Shown: piece after piece, positions 12,960 to 25,953 of the stretch | How positions within the stretch are numbered: the stretch's first letter is position 1 | Layout: each line of letters starts with the position of its first letter | Assembly (NCBI GenBank): GCA_964016885.1 | Contig: OZ024757.1 | Span: 9,486,001 to 9,550,000 of the forward strand | Length of the DNA stretch: 64,000 nt | Direction of reading: 5' to 3' | From: Eledone cirrhosa | Lineage: Eukaryota | Translations under genes and position numbers: made by a program | The notes under the pieces: model-generated | Told to the model about the DNA's origin: nothing | Seen by the model: the letters and a program-made list of their open reading frames with translations, nothing else | Database searches by the model: none

Positions 12960-14212
12960 AGACTCGGGTCTCGTGGGCGCTGATGGAAAGCTCGCCGAGA
13001 TGAGCTGGCGTTGTTACGTGGCTGTAACTGCAGTTTAGCCATAAGTGCGTTCAATTGTGCCTCCTAGTTTTCCACCCGAGCCTCCAGAGACGCCACCTCC
13101 GAAACAGAAGATGAGGAAGGAGAAGAAGGAGAGAATGAAGAAGAAAAAGGGGAAGAAAAAGAACTTACTAGTGGATGAATGTGTGTCTCCTGGGTTGCAA
13201 GTGACAATGGCGCTGCTACCTCCATTAATCTATCGGCTGAATCCGCCAGCTCCTCAATTGGGGTGGGTGCTTTACTGGCCGCCAAAGTGCTGCAAATGGC
13301 TGGCGGCATCCTTTGTAGAAAAAGTTATTTCAAGATGGCCGGCTCCATGGAGTTCTCTCCCAACAGTTGCTTTAACCGGACTGTGACGGTTTCCTATCAC
13401 CCAAGACCTCTGAATGAAGCAACTGGTTAATCCATTGCTGCTGAGAGACTGAAGTCCGTTTTACTAATTCAGACCTAAATGTAGCATATGAATATGTGCT
13501 TGGTGGTGCTGTAAGAAAATCCTGGGTCTCCTGCAAGCTCCCAGGAGGAAGCGCCTCGACAACATGGGAAATTTTCGTCTTGTCTACCGATATATTGTTT
13601 GTTTGAAATTGGGCCTCGATGTATCAGAACCAAATGGTAGGAGCGTGAAGCCAAAATGTCGGGATCCACAGGAATATTGCTGCTTGTAACGACGATGATG
13701 CTGGTGATAGTTCCATATTGAAGCGAAACTTAGTAAATATTGTCGGGGTTACCAATTGAAGTGAAGCGAAGTTAGTAATTGTTGAAATTAATAAACACGA
13801 CAGTAGTTAATTCGGTTACATATAAAATGTTCTTCACTTCAGTTAGAGAGGGGGAAAAGGAATACGATTACTATTAATCATAAAAGTACAAAGTTCTATG
13901 TAAATATTCGTAAATGAATACCCTGTTTTTCAAGTTTTGTTGAAGATACTTTGTTTTATGTGTTATGCTGAAATAGAAGGTGCCAGGCTATCGTCCGTCA
14001 TTACTATCACCATAGAAGTTAAAAGCCAAGTGAACAGGGAAAGTGTCGTCTCTTTTGTAACAGAAAGTTCTCTCTCTGTCTGTGTTCCATGACAGCCTAT
14101 TTATCGAACGCTAGTTATATTTTTGTCAAAGGTCGATGACCTCCCGTTTTGTTCTCTTTCATAGGAATGGCAATGTCAGCGAGAGGAACGCTGAAACATT
14201 TCCTTCGCTACA
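12960..14212 (-). mobile_element. Truncated Gypsy LTR retrotransposon: LTR (13757-14212), PBS and gag remnant
   Basis: LTR TG..CA followed by PBS; gag-like IWF*YIEAQF...TK and IEELADSADRLMEV (ORF 13064-13309). Confidence 0.8.
13741..13754 (-). promoter_or_regulatory. Primer-binding site, tRNA-Trp-like
   Basis: TGGTAACCCCGAC 2 nt after the LTR end; one mismatch to TGGTGACCCCGAC, the complement of the tRNA-Trp 3' end. Confidence 0.7.
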
Positions 14213-14362
14213 GGTTTTTTTTTTTGTTTTGTCACACTTTGTAATTGTTGTGTTTACTCTTGACCTTAATTTTGTTTAACTGTTCGCTGTATTTAGTGCT
14301 TTGTGAGTACTTTAAACAAATCGTATAGTACTTGCTGGGCGACAGCTAAAACTGGTTTATAC

Positions 14363-14414
<52 letters not shown>

Positions 14415-14431
14415 CGTGTATATATATATAT

Positions 14432-14713
14432 ATAGGAAAACGTTTAACCCCGACGGCAGAGCTCAAGCCGTTTCGACGGCTATTTCTGGATTCATTTCAA
14501 CAATTACTAACTTCGCTTCACTTCAATTGATTAATCAATATTTACCAAGCTTCGCTTAACTGTAGAACTATCACGAGTCCAGAAATAGCCGTCGAAACGG
14601 CTTGAGTTCTGCCGTCGGGGTTAAACATTTTCCTATTACCCACTCTACTACCCTAAGTATTGAGTACTCTGGTGCGTTATTGTCCATCTGATTCCTTACC
14701 ACACCTCCTTCGT
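14432..14713 (+). mobile_element. TA-embedded Penelope-pLTR-like mini-element with 62-bp inverted arms
   Basis: Arms 14432-14493 and 14575-14636; GAAAC-stem-GTC half-hammerhead motif; (TA)n on both sides. Confidence 0.55.
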
Positions 14714-14744
<31 letters not shown>

Positions 14745-14819
14745 TTAATGTAGATGAGATTCTACAGGACTAGAACTATATATAGATATAGATATATATA
14801 GAGATATATATATATATAT

Positions 14820-15495
14820 TTAAAAGAATAGAGGTGTAACACACGAGTTGTGATATATTGGTAAAAGGAAAAGAAAATGCTGACAAATTGTTCCCAGTGA
14901 AAAATAGTTTAATTAGGAATAAGTAAAAATTAGTAATAAGTATTGGTTAGTATTCAGTTTTAGTTTAAGTTTTTACCGGTTGCGCATTTCTAATGCTTTT
15001 CAAAAATAATTTTGAGATAGAGCGCCCGTGATGTTTGCTCTAATCTGATCAGTTTTGGAAATTCTACCTGTTTTATGTGAAAAAAGTGGCTCCAGAGGTA
15101 TTAAAATAAGTTTCGCGCTGATTCGCGATGCAAACATTCTTGTGGTCAAAACAATTTTGATTGGTCGGTGGAGGTCACGTGAATGTTAAAAATTGATCTT
15201 GCGCCAAATGTAGGTTTGTCGAAGAGTGTCCTTTTTCGCCTGATTGAGAAGCTGTTCCATTCATGTTTTCTATTTAATTTTGGTTGGAGTTCATTTATGT
15301 TTATTGCCTCTGTGATTTGTCTAAACATTGCGTCTTTTCTCTATGTAGATTCTATTTTTATTTCTATGTTCTCCAATTTACCCTTATGTTCTATTTTAGC
15401 ATGTGGTAGAGTACAGATGATTCTTTACTATCACAGAGGTAATAAACATAAATGAACTCCAACCAAAATTAAATAGAAAACATGAATGGAATAGC
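14820..15495 (-). mobile_element. Penelope-like element 3' remnant (GIY-YIG C-terminus plus pLTR)
   Basis: RQITEAININELQPKLNRKHEW (ORF 15146-15328); inverted copy of this segment at about 15441-15495; pLTR repeated at 16205-16585. Confidence 0.65.
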
Positions 15496-15968
15496 GACAT
15501 CACAACTTACAATTAAGGACAAAATGAAAACACACACGCACATAGAACAAATAACCAACCAGTAACATGTAAATAAACAAATAAATAAACGAATATAAAC
15601 ACACACAGACACCCGGATGTAACACATGCGCAAACTAAGCACACAACACACACAAAAAAACAAGATGGCGTAGGACAGAACAAAGGAGAGGCACAAAAAC
15701 AAAGAAAAGAATCCCCGGTCACTGAAGAGGTCACAGAATGTGTGACGAAAGAACTTTGACAATTTATAAACAATCATCTGGTTGTGGAACCAACCAACCG
15801 GAAATTTATAAATTCCTAAATTTATAAATTTATTATAATAAATTGAAGTGAAAGCAACTGGTGCGTATGTTTCTTATTGGCAACATGACCCTCCCAAAGT
15901 ATAACAATATCGGTTTCAACACACGTTTTCAGATAAAGAATGTTGCTAAACAAATTCAGAAACGAAAT

Positions 15969-16000
<32 letters not shown>

Positions 16001-16145
16001 AATGAAGTATTTCCGTAATAAAGGTACAGGAAAGGAGAGTACTCTATGTAGGCTACAGAGCTTATTAGTTATATAATAAACAACATAAGATACTTATTTC
16101 ATTTACCAGTGGTTTCTTGAAGACAGATTTTTATATCTGTATTCA

Positions 16146-16204
<59 letters not shown>

Positions 16205-16208
<4 letters not shown>

Positions 16209-16585
16209 AAAGAATGGAGGTGTAACACACAAGTTATGATATATTGGTAAACGGAAAAGAAAATGCTGACAAATTGTTCACAGTGAAAAGTAGTTTAATT
16301 AGGAATAAGTGACAATTAGTAATAAGTATTGGTTTTAAGTTTTACCGGTTGCGCATTTCTAATGCTTTTCAAAAATAATTTTGAGATAGAGCGTCCGTGA
16401 TGTTTGAACATCACGGAAGCTCTATCTCAAAATTATTTTTTTTTAAAATTAGAAATGCGCAACCGGTAAAACTTAAAACTAAAACTGAATACTAACCAAT
16501 ACTATTACTAATTCTCATTTATTCCTAATTAAACTATTTTTCACTGTGCACAATTTGTCAGCATTTTCTTTTCCGTTTACCAATA
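16205..16585. mobile_element. Fold-back (inverted) pLTR copy of the 14820 Penelope family
   Basis: Palindrome centred near 16404 (GTGATGTTTGAACATCAC); matches 14820-15037; TA flanks. Confidence 0.65.
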
Positions 16586-16615
16586 TATATATATATTTAT
16601 ATACATACATATAGA

Positions 16616-16806
16616 CAGACCTGCCAACCTATGAAAACCCAAACTGGTAGTAGCATGAAAAAAGGACCCCAAATCGGGGAGAAATGAGACAAAATTGGGA
16701 AATTTTACGTAATGAAAGTTATACCCATTTTCACAAGAGAAGACATCTCTCACCACCCGAAAATTGATGGGAATCTCCCCGTCGGACGGGGGAATTGACA
16801 GGTTTG
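16616..16806. mobile_element. Possible hAT-type MITE
   Basis: Imperfect TIRs CAGACCTGCCAA / TTGACAGGTTTG; no clean TSD. Confidence 0.4.
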
Positions 16807-16815
16807 TGTATGTAT

Positions 16816-16872
<57 letters not shown>

Positions 16873-16884
16873 ACTGGTCTTAAT

Positions 16885-17226
16885 AATTTTCGGGAACCGG
16901 CTGGATTATCTAGAAATGATGGGAAGAGACCGAATGGCCTTACCATTTGGCCCTGGGCGTGAGGTAGGTGTCTCATCTGGGACACCACAGTCAGTGACTC
17001 TTTTCAACCCTCTCACATCATGGATTCCACGGCAAATGGGAGGGGGTCACTGCTTTCGTTGCCGAACGGTATTAAATTTGGAAATACCCGGATTTATCTC
17101 AGGATCATTTTTTCCAGCCTATGGTGTTCGATACGGCTCAGCGGCTCGCCATACTGAGGTGTTAGGTGATAACCGTGGGGTTGGTTGGTTGTTTCAGCGT
17201 CTTAGTCTCGCCATCATTCGTGGTAA
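16885..17226 (+). mobile_element. CRE LINE RLE-domain fragment
   Basis: [18 protein letters not shown] and [14 protein letters not shown]; preceded by (GTA)n. Confidence 0.7.
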
Positions 17227-17291
17227 TATATATATATGTGTGTGTGTGCGTATTAAATATGTGTGTATATATATATATACACACACACACA

Positions 17292-17415
<124 letters not shown>

Positions 17416-17568
17416 TATTCCTAACGATCGACTTTCGTCAAATCGGACCGAGGAAACAATGTTTACTTTGGTCTTTCCAATTGCTTATACTATCTATCGG
17501 TTGCAACTCCAAGTAGAAGAAGCAACTTGAAATAAAGTGTCTTGCTCAAGGACATAACGCATCGCCCG

Positions 17569-17611
<43 letters not shown>

Positions 17612-17616
<5 letters not shown>

Positions 17617-18461
17617 TATAATGATCGAGAGTCGGAATATCGGCCCACGAAATCACGATAAACAATATCCGACATGTGTGGCAGAGGGCTCAATAGTTTG
17701 GAAAACCAGAGCTATAACTATCGTTAAAATACCAACACACAGAGATCATGCGTAAAATCACCCGTGCAGCCGAAAAAGAACGACCAGGAAGATTCGGGTC
17801 ACTCAAATAAAATATCAATAAATTAATAAATTAAATGAATGTAAAAGAACTCACCCGGACCCGCTAGAAGGATGTTAAATTCTAGCTTTTTGGGTTTCTG
17901 CAATTCCTTAATCAAATCACTATCAGCCCACATAAAAAATATATATGAATTCTAGTGAGGAGATGAACGAGGAAAAGCTTTTTCAACGAGTTTCCGTTCA
18001 AAAATACGGAGGGACCCACAGCCAAAACGCACATGGTATTCAGCAAGGGAGGGAACCCCTATATTAGCGAAAGAATTCGGTGATGTGTAATTTATGTAAA
18101 AATACAAAGGATCACATATCGAATCAGAGTGCTCAACAGACGTGTTAAAATAAACAAGAGCTATTCATCAGTCAATAAGTTCAACAAAAAATCAATAAAA
18201 TTAACTGGTCAATAGCTAAAGACTGGAGCTAAATACAGTAGAATGATCGAGAGTCGGAATATCGGACCACGAAATCACGATAACCAATATCCGACATGTG
18301 TGGCAGAGGGCTCAATAGTTTGGAAAACCAGAGCTATAACTATCGTTAAAATACCAACACACAGAGATCATGCCTAAAATCACCCGTGCAGCCGAAAAAG
18401 AACGACCAGGAAGATTCGGGTCACTCAAATAAAATATCAATAAATTAATAAATTAAATGAA
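17612..18461. mobile_element. Element with about 225-bp direct terminal repeats (17612-17839 / 18234-18461) between TA tracts; probably a Penelope pLTR structure
   Basis: Near-identical direct repeats, no TG..CA ends, TA flanks. Confidence 0.45.
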
Positions 18462-18488
18462 TATATATATATATGTTGATCAATATTT

Positions 18489-18744
18489 ATGGTACGTCAA
18501 ATTTATTTATAAAACTGCTTATATATTGTATTTTATCTGAAGAAGGCATGCCATATTTTTAATATGGTATCCCTGAAATATGTATAGTGAAATAAATATG
18601 GTTTTATAAATATAGTTTCCATATATATATAAATATAGTTTCCATTTGTTTAATATCGTATATGTACTCCAAAACTTGTTGAGTGCTTTATATCAGTTAT
18701 AAAATATTTACCCGTTGTAACCCAACAATTTTAAATAAAACTTT

Positions 18745-18748
<4 letters not shown>
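18489..18748 (+). mobile_element. Solo pLTR of the Penelope/Naiad-like family at 58-64 kb
   Basis: Highly similar to 59682-59920; (TA)n flanks. Confidence 0.8.
18529..18594 (+). ncRNA. Minimal type-I hammerhead ribozyme motif
   Basis: TTTTAT-CTGAAGA-stem II (AGGCATGCCATATT/AATATGGTATCCCT)-GAAA-TATGTA-TA-GTGAAA. Confidence 0.7.
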
Positions 18749-18783
<35 letters not shown>

Positions 18784-19169
18784 AACACAGGGATACAAAA
18801 ACTATTAGTTATATATATAAAGATTTTTATTACACTAAGTTATGATGACAGTCGGTATAAAATATTCGCTAAAAATGTTAGATCTCATATCCTTTATATT
18901 TAACGCCATATTAGAATGATGGGACTTTGTTCTTTCATGTGTAAAAGAGTCTTGGGAAAGAGAGTGAAAGAATAACGGATAGAAATAACAAACATACATA
19001 AAAAAATGTCTTAAACGATGGGATCAAGGGGGTAATTTAGTACAGCTGTAAAATTATCCTGTTTTAAATGTTTAAGGGAGGTAACTATGGCAAGATCTTA
19101 GAAAAGTGTATATATGTCATCACTAAACTAAATGGAATTTTATAAGTAATGTTAAATGAATAACATAAT

Positions 19170-19299
19170 TGTTTCTACTTCTGGCACAAGGCCAGCAATT
19201 ATCCCAGTGTATTAGTGGTACTTTATTTTATCGACCCCCGTAAGGATGACAGGCAAAGTTAACCTCGGTGAGATTTGAACTCAGACCATAAAGGACTGT
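19170..19299 (-). mobile_element. tRNA-derived SINE family A, 5'-truncated
   Basis: Matches 22333-22541; 14-bp TSD atgaataacataat (19156-19169 / 19300-19313). Confidence 0.85.
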
Positions 19300-19818
19300 A
19301 TGAATAACATAATGTTGGGTGAACTATCTAATGTGTGATGCTTGAAGAAAATATTCTGTAGTCAAGAGTGAATGGCAACAGAGGGAGAGATGGAAAGTAT
19401 CTAAAAGGGTTATCACAACGAGGAGTGACTGTACAGACGAATTTGAGATGCCCTGTAGTCTATGAAGCTTTTCATGGAATCAGTGGTATCCAAAGTTATT
19501 GTCTCGGTGTCTGTACGATCTTCCGCTCTTTGACGATTAACTTTTTTGCGTGGTGGCAGCTATTAAAGAAAATGGATCCAAGATGTTCCTGTTATATATT
19601 GCAAAAGTGGAATATCCTTTAAAAGCCTGGGCAAATCCACGTCTTGATACGAGGGCTTATTTCTTCAATCACAACCCTCCTTTCAAACAGATCATGGGAC
19701 TTATGTCTAGAGATGTAAATAAAAATATAGACTGTGACATACCTAAGCTAGCTAGTAACCGTGGAATAACTGTTATAGCTTGGTCATATATATCAATTTA
19801 TATATTTATATATAATCT

Positions 19819-19980
<162 letters not shown>

Positions 19981-19984
19981 CTAA

Positions 19985-20240
19985 TGGTAGCTAAGATGCT
20001 TCCATAGGCGGTATGCCGGTTGAGCACTCTATGCTCCTACGGAGCAGAGTATGATTTCGGGGAAAATCTTCTTTCTCGGGTTCTGCTCCGAAATCAATAG
20101 ATGTGTCTGAGAAACCTGCGAATCCAGAGTCAGGTTCGATCCACACACAGATCGCACCTCGAGCTGTTCGCCGAGGAAACAATTGTAATACGCAATAAAT
20201 TGAGTTCCGATGCTGCATCACTGATTCTTCGTTTTCCATT
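19985..20240. mobile_element. TA-embedded Penelope-pLTR-like fragment related to 23320-23520 and 44950-45430
   Basis: Shared GGTATGCCGG.TGAGCACT, CAGAGTAT and CCAGAGTCAG..TCGATC..CTCGAGCTG..GAAAC blocks, in both orientations. Confidence 0.5.
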
Positions 20241-20259
20241 CTATATATATATATATCAC

Positions 20260-20572
20260 TATTATTAATAAATGGAAACTATCTCTGCGTAGAACGCAAA
20301 ACGATAAGTTCTTGTTTTGAATATGTCACTATCTGTAAAACAACTTTTATATTTTAGCTGAGAGCGTACCAAAAGTTTTGGTACCCTTGAAATATATCTA
20401 ATAAAATAAATATGGTTTTATAAAGATAGCTTCCGTTTATTAATATTATTGATATTATACTCCTGAAGAATCTTGTTCTAAATTTGTTGAATAATCAACA
20501 AATTAAATAACTCATTGCTTATATATATATATAAGCAATGAGTTATTTAATTTGTTGGTTATTCAACAAATT

Positions 20573-20614
<42 letters not shown>

Positions 20615-20740
20615 TAAATGGAAAATATCTTTACAAAACCATATTTATTTTATTATACGTATTTCAAGGGTACTAATATTTAAGTACGCTTTCATCAGAT
20701 AAAATATTATAATAACAATTGGTGCAAAGATAGTGACATT
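20260..20740. mobile_element. Cluster of inverted pLTR mini-elements separated by TA tracts
   Basis: Mutually inverted copies at 20330-20520, 20533-20575 and 20606-20740; related to 18489-18748 and 23030-23220. Confidence 0.65.
20647..20705 (-). ncRNA. Minimal type-I hammerhead ribozyme motif (intact core)
   Basis: Reverse complement: ATTTTAT-CTGATGA-AAGCGTACT/AGTACCCTT-GAAA-TACGTA-TA-ATAAAAT. Confidence 0.8.
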
Positions 20741-21175
20741 TCTTCATGTGAACTTCATGTTATAAGTTGTGTGAAGATAGTAAATATCATTTTTCAAAAC
20801 TCAGGGGAAATATGCCTATGACGATAACGTTAAAACTGAAAAGATCCGTTAAGTTGAGACGCTAGATAGTTTTTAAATATTTATCTAATTTTTTTTTTTT
20901 TAAGAGTTTGCTATTAAATTTGAAAAAATATTGTAGAGTTATTTTAGAATTATTTATAGAAATATACATATATACACCCAAAAGTATTGTAGAGTTATTT
21001 TAGAATTATTTATAGAAATATGCATATATAAACCCAAACATATTTACATGGGTATAGAAAGAATGATATAATTATATTTATTTATTTATTTAATTTTTTA
21101 ATATATTTTAAGACTATGGAAATAAGTATTTATAATATTTAGGTGAGAATTATAATGCATTGTATTAAATTGAGA

Positions 21176-21291
21176 AGAGTTCAAATCCCGCCAAGGTTGA
21201 CTTTGCCTTTCATCCTTACGGGGTCGATAAAATAAAGTACCAGTAATGCACTGGGTAATTGCTGGCCTTGTGTGTAAAGTAGAAACAATTA
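21176..21291 (+). mobile_element. SINE family A, 5'-truncated
   Basis: GAGTTCAAATCCC B-box, core and tail. Confidence 0.85.
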
Positions 21292-21464
21292 ATTTATTAA
21301 AGAAATGTAATATGTGAAAGATACCCTGTATTTATATATACTATTGTATATATTTTACGCATATATGTTAATATTATGATGAGTGCAGTTATAAATATAA
21401 TGTATTGTAGTATAAGACATTATTAAAAAAAATTATTTAGTACATAAATGATTATGCGTGAATT

Positions 21465-21900
21465 TTGGCCCGGGCGAACATCCTCTCAGTCTTGGAACCA
21501 TCTGGGTTATCCAGAAGTGACGGCAAAAGACCTGACGGCCATACCTTGTGCCCCTGGTCGAGAAGCAGGTGGCTTGTCTGGGACGTCACTGTTAGTGACT
21601 CTTTTGCTCTTTCCCCCATCCTGGATGCTGCGGTTAGGACGAGAGCCACAGTTTCTGCAGCCGAGCGGAGTAAGACCCTCAAATACTCTGATCTGTCGGC
21701 CAGCTACATTTTTCAGCCTGTGGCTTTCGAGACGTTTGGGGGAGTCGGGGGGCCGCTGACTGCGAGGTTCCTCTCTTCGCTGGCGGCTCGCCTAACAGAG
21801 GTGACTGGCGAATCTTATTAGGGTGCTTGGCTGTTTCAGCGCATCAGCCTCGCCATCACCCGAGGCAACGCTGCGAATGTGCTGGCTTGCCTCAAAAATT
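21465..21900 (+). mobile_element. CRE LINE 3' fragment (RLE domain)
   Basis: EPSGLSRSDGKRPDG..WDVTVSDS..KYSDL..FQPVAFETFG; LFQRISLAITRGNA. Confidence 0.85.
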
Positions 21901-22008
21901 ATTAGAGAGGTTGCCCAGTACTCCTCGCGACGTTGCTGTCTTTTGCTCTGGTGTTGGCTTCGTTGTTCACCCCTTCCTTTACATTTTCTTTAATATTATA
22001 TTTATAAT

Positions 22009-22116
22009 TGTTTCTATTGTTGGCCCAAGGCCAGCAATTATCCCAGTACATTACTGGTACTTTATTTTATCGATCCCTTAAGGATGAAAGGCAAAGTTGA
22101 CCTCAGCGGGATTTGA
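22009..22116 (-). mobile_element. SINE family A, 5'-truncated
   Basis: Core and tail; TSD tatttataat. Confidence 0.8.
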
Positions 22117-22332
22117 TTATTTATAATGTAATCTAAGCATTTGTAATGTTATTTATGTATATATTTAAAACATATTTGTTATGTTATTCTACTGTAAATT
22201 TATTTATATGCTCTGTTTATATTTTCATTCTGAAAGAATTGCAAACGATTTGTAATGTTATTTATTCAACTGTGAATAAAATGCAGTCTTCGGTGATGTG
22301 ATAGAGTTTATTATTTAAGTATATATATATAA

Positions 22333-22541
22333 GGCGGTGGATTGGCAGTATCGGCAGAGGGTCGGACGCCATGCTTTGCCGCAGAGTTACGGCCCTTTAT
22401 GATCTGAGTTCAAATCCCGCCGAGGTTAACTTTGCCTTTCATCCTTACGGGGTCGATAAAATAAAGTCCCAGTCACGCACTGGCGTCACTTTCATCGACA
22501 CCCCCCCCCAAATTGCTGGCCTTGTGCCTAAATAAGAAACC
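22333..22541 (+). mobile_element. SINE family A, full-length tRNA-derived SINE
   Basis: A-box TGGCAGTATCGG, B-box GAGTTCAAATCCC, core GCCTTTCATCCTTACGGGGTCGATAAAATAAAGT; TSD attatttaagtata. Confidence 0.9.
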
Positions 22542-23029
22542 ATTATTTAAGTATAGACATAGAATTATAAGTGATAATATATATATACATTTTTTTAAGT
22601 ATACTTTAAGAGTGTGAAAGTAATTATATTTTTTAAGTAACGATGTATAGTATTATGCATAATCTATTATTGTATAAGTTTAGTAATATAAATTTAAACA
22701 TTTATGTAAGTTTGAATGTATCGTATATGTGAATTGCAAACAAAAACTTTTTTATGGGGAAGATAACTCTAGTGTTTAGTAATTTAAGGGATATATACTA
22801 TAGATATTTAAAAATATATGTTTTATCTAATGTTTAACCTAATAATTAATTATAATTTATATTATAATATAAGTAAAAATGTCTATAAGATTTCAGAGCA
22901 CCATATAGTAAATATGGTTTTGATAATAATAAATAGATAAATATTTCTATGTATAAATTTTGATAGTAATAAATATTTCTGTGTATAAATTTGATAATAA
23001 TAAATATTTCTAACATGAAGTTCACATGA

Positions 23030-23221
23030 AGATATCTTTACACCAATTATTGTATTTTATCTGACGAAAGCATACTAAAATAAATATGGTTTTATAAAGA
23101 TATTTCCATTTATTAATATTATTGATATTATGATACTCCGGATAAATACCGTTGAGTGCTTCTAATCTGTTGTAAAATAAACTTTGTTGAATAATCAACA
23201 AACCAATTAACTCATTGTTTA

Positions 23222-23305
<84 letters not shown>

Positions 23306-23520
23306 TGTATATGTACAAGAAAATTGAGTCCGTAGTCGGTATGCCGGGTGAGCACTCCACGGTCGCGCAGGGCAGAGTATAATACTATAAGAATAAAGGT
23401 TCAAAGAACCAATGTTGCATCATAACATATTTAATAACATATTACATATGTTTCACTGTCGATTAGCTCGAGGAACGATCTATTAATTATCGAACATGCC
23501 TCTGGAATCGATTCCAGAGT
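23030..23520. mobile_element. Two Penelope-pLTR-like fragments on either side of a (TA)n tract
   Basis: 23030-23220 resembles 18489-18748 (hammerhead partly deleted); 23320-23520 is the reverse complement of 45240-45430. Confidence 0.6.
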
Positions 23521-24052
23521 CTTGTATAAATAAGGTAATAAAACATTGTTTATAACTTGAATCTACCACTTTGTCTTTCACAAGACTTTAGTTAAAGCAC
23601 TAGATTTAAATTATAAACAATGTTTTGTATTATTTTATCGAAATGATAAACAGTGTTTTAATAATTCTGACAGTTATATTTTATCAATATGTACACACAC
23701 ATGCGCGCGCGCGCGCATAAGGTTTGCTTTCTATGACTGGATGCCCTTCCTAACGCCAACCACATTCACAGTGTGTGAGGGTGCTTTTTTGTCGTGACAC
23801 CTAGATGACCACCCCACAGTGTGAACTGTGTGCTTTAATACTAAAATATGTGCTAGTTAATCACCAATACTATTGTATACATAATAGAACATTCAATGAA
23901 GTATACAAGTAGATCTGCTTAATCCGGAATATAAATATAAAGATATACAAGTCAGCAGGATAGAATTTACTTCATTTATTTATTATACAATTGCTGTTGC
24001 ATATATTTCAATGATAACTGTAAACTTAAGGGAGTTAACAATAATAATAATA

Positions 24053-24234
24053 ATTTTCCTACTTTTAGCACGAGGCCGGCAATTTCACCAGTGCATTACT
24101 GGTACTTTATTTTATCGACCCCGTAATGATGAAAGGCAAAGTTAAACTCGGAGGGATTTGGACTCAGAACGGCAAGGGTCGTAACTCTCAGCGTCAAAGC
24201 ATGGCGTCCGACCCTCTACCGATACTGCCAATCC
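24053..24234 (-). mobile_element. SINE family A next to (AAT)n
   Basis: Near-full copy, plus a partial second copy at 24245-24308. Confidence 0.85.
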
Positions 24235-24339
24235 AATGAATTGTAGTATAGGCACAAGGCCAGTAATCTGGGGAAAGGGGAAAGTCGATTAAATCGACCC
24301 CAGTACGATCCCCAATAATAATAATAATAATAATAATAA

Positions 24340-25317
24340 AAACAGAAAAAGCAAAGCAGGTAAAAGTAACTGCAAAGAAAGAACTGCTACAGAAACTGGC
24401 TAAGAAATGGCAAGAAAAGCCTCTGTATGGAAAATACCCAGAACCAGCTAACAATCCTGATGTTGACAAAACTTTAACCCATCAGTGGTTGGCATCATCT
24501 GGACTGAAATCGGAGACTGAAGGACTGATTGTATCGGCACAAGATCAGTGTCTGCCAACAAAAAATTACCAAGCCAACATAATAAAAAATGGGTGCAGCC
24601 CATTATGCCGTGTATGCAAAAAACAACCAGAGACCATTGACCATATAATTTCAATGTGCAGTCCTATAGCTCCAACCGAATACCTAAACAGGCATGACAG
24701 AGCTGCACAATACATACATTGGATAATGTGTAAGCATTTTGACCTGCCCCATCAAAATAATTGGTGGGAGCATCAACCACCTCCCATACTTGAAAAAGAT
24801 CACATCTCAATCTTGTGGAACTTTAGCATACAAACAGACCGAAAAATAGATGCAAACAGACCTGATATAATATTGAAAGACTTTCAAAAGAGGGTATGCC
24901 TGCTAATTGATATGTCTGTTCCAATAGACAAGAATGTATCTATAAAAACATTTGAAAAATTGAGCAAGTATAAGGACCTGGAGATAGAAATTGGAAAAAT
25001 GTGGAAATTGAGAACTAAAACAATACCAGTGGTTGTAGGCGCTCTGGGAATGATACCTAAGGGGTCTAATGATTACATATCGCAAATACCAGGAAACCCG
25101 CGTATAGGAGAAATACAAAAGATAGTACTAATGGGAACTGCCCATATACTAAGGAAGATTCTGTCAATATAAGTACATCACAAGTCTAAACACTAAAGAT
25201 GCATGTGTGAATATGTATGTTCTTTCTTGAACATGGCGGACCTTGTTGTCTCTTGAGGTCACTGGTTGTGACTTGGTGATAACTCGTATGAACATAAAGC
25301 AAGATAAATGCAACTGT
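24340..25317 (+). mobile_element. R4/Dong-clade LINE, family 2, 5'-truncated, in (AAT)n
   Basis: ORF 24489-25172: LKSETEG..AQDQ, CRVC..ET..HI...C, RHD, NRPDI..IDMSVP..KLSKY (RLE); (AAT)n at both ends. Confidence 0.9.
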
Positions 25318-25337
25318 AATAATAATAATAATAATAA

Positions 25338-25953
<616 letters not shown>

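Noticed and set aside
8384-14212. Single large TIR/foldback transposon with 450-bp TIRs
   Set aside because: Each arm has LTR TG..CA ends, one is followed by a PBS and gag, and there is no shared TSD
19330-19790. Possible host exon or transposase remnant
   Set aside because: No recognisable motif or convincing splice structure; left unassigned
22333-22425. tRNA gene
   Set aside because: The A and B boxes belong to a multi-copy SINE head with TSDs; no full cloverleaf
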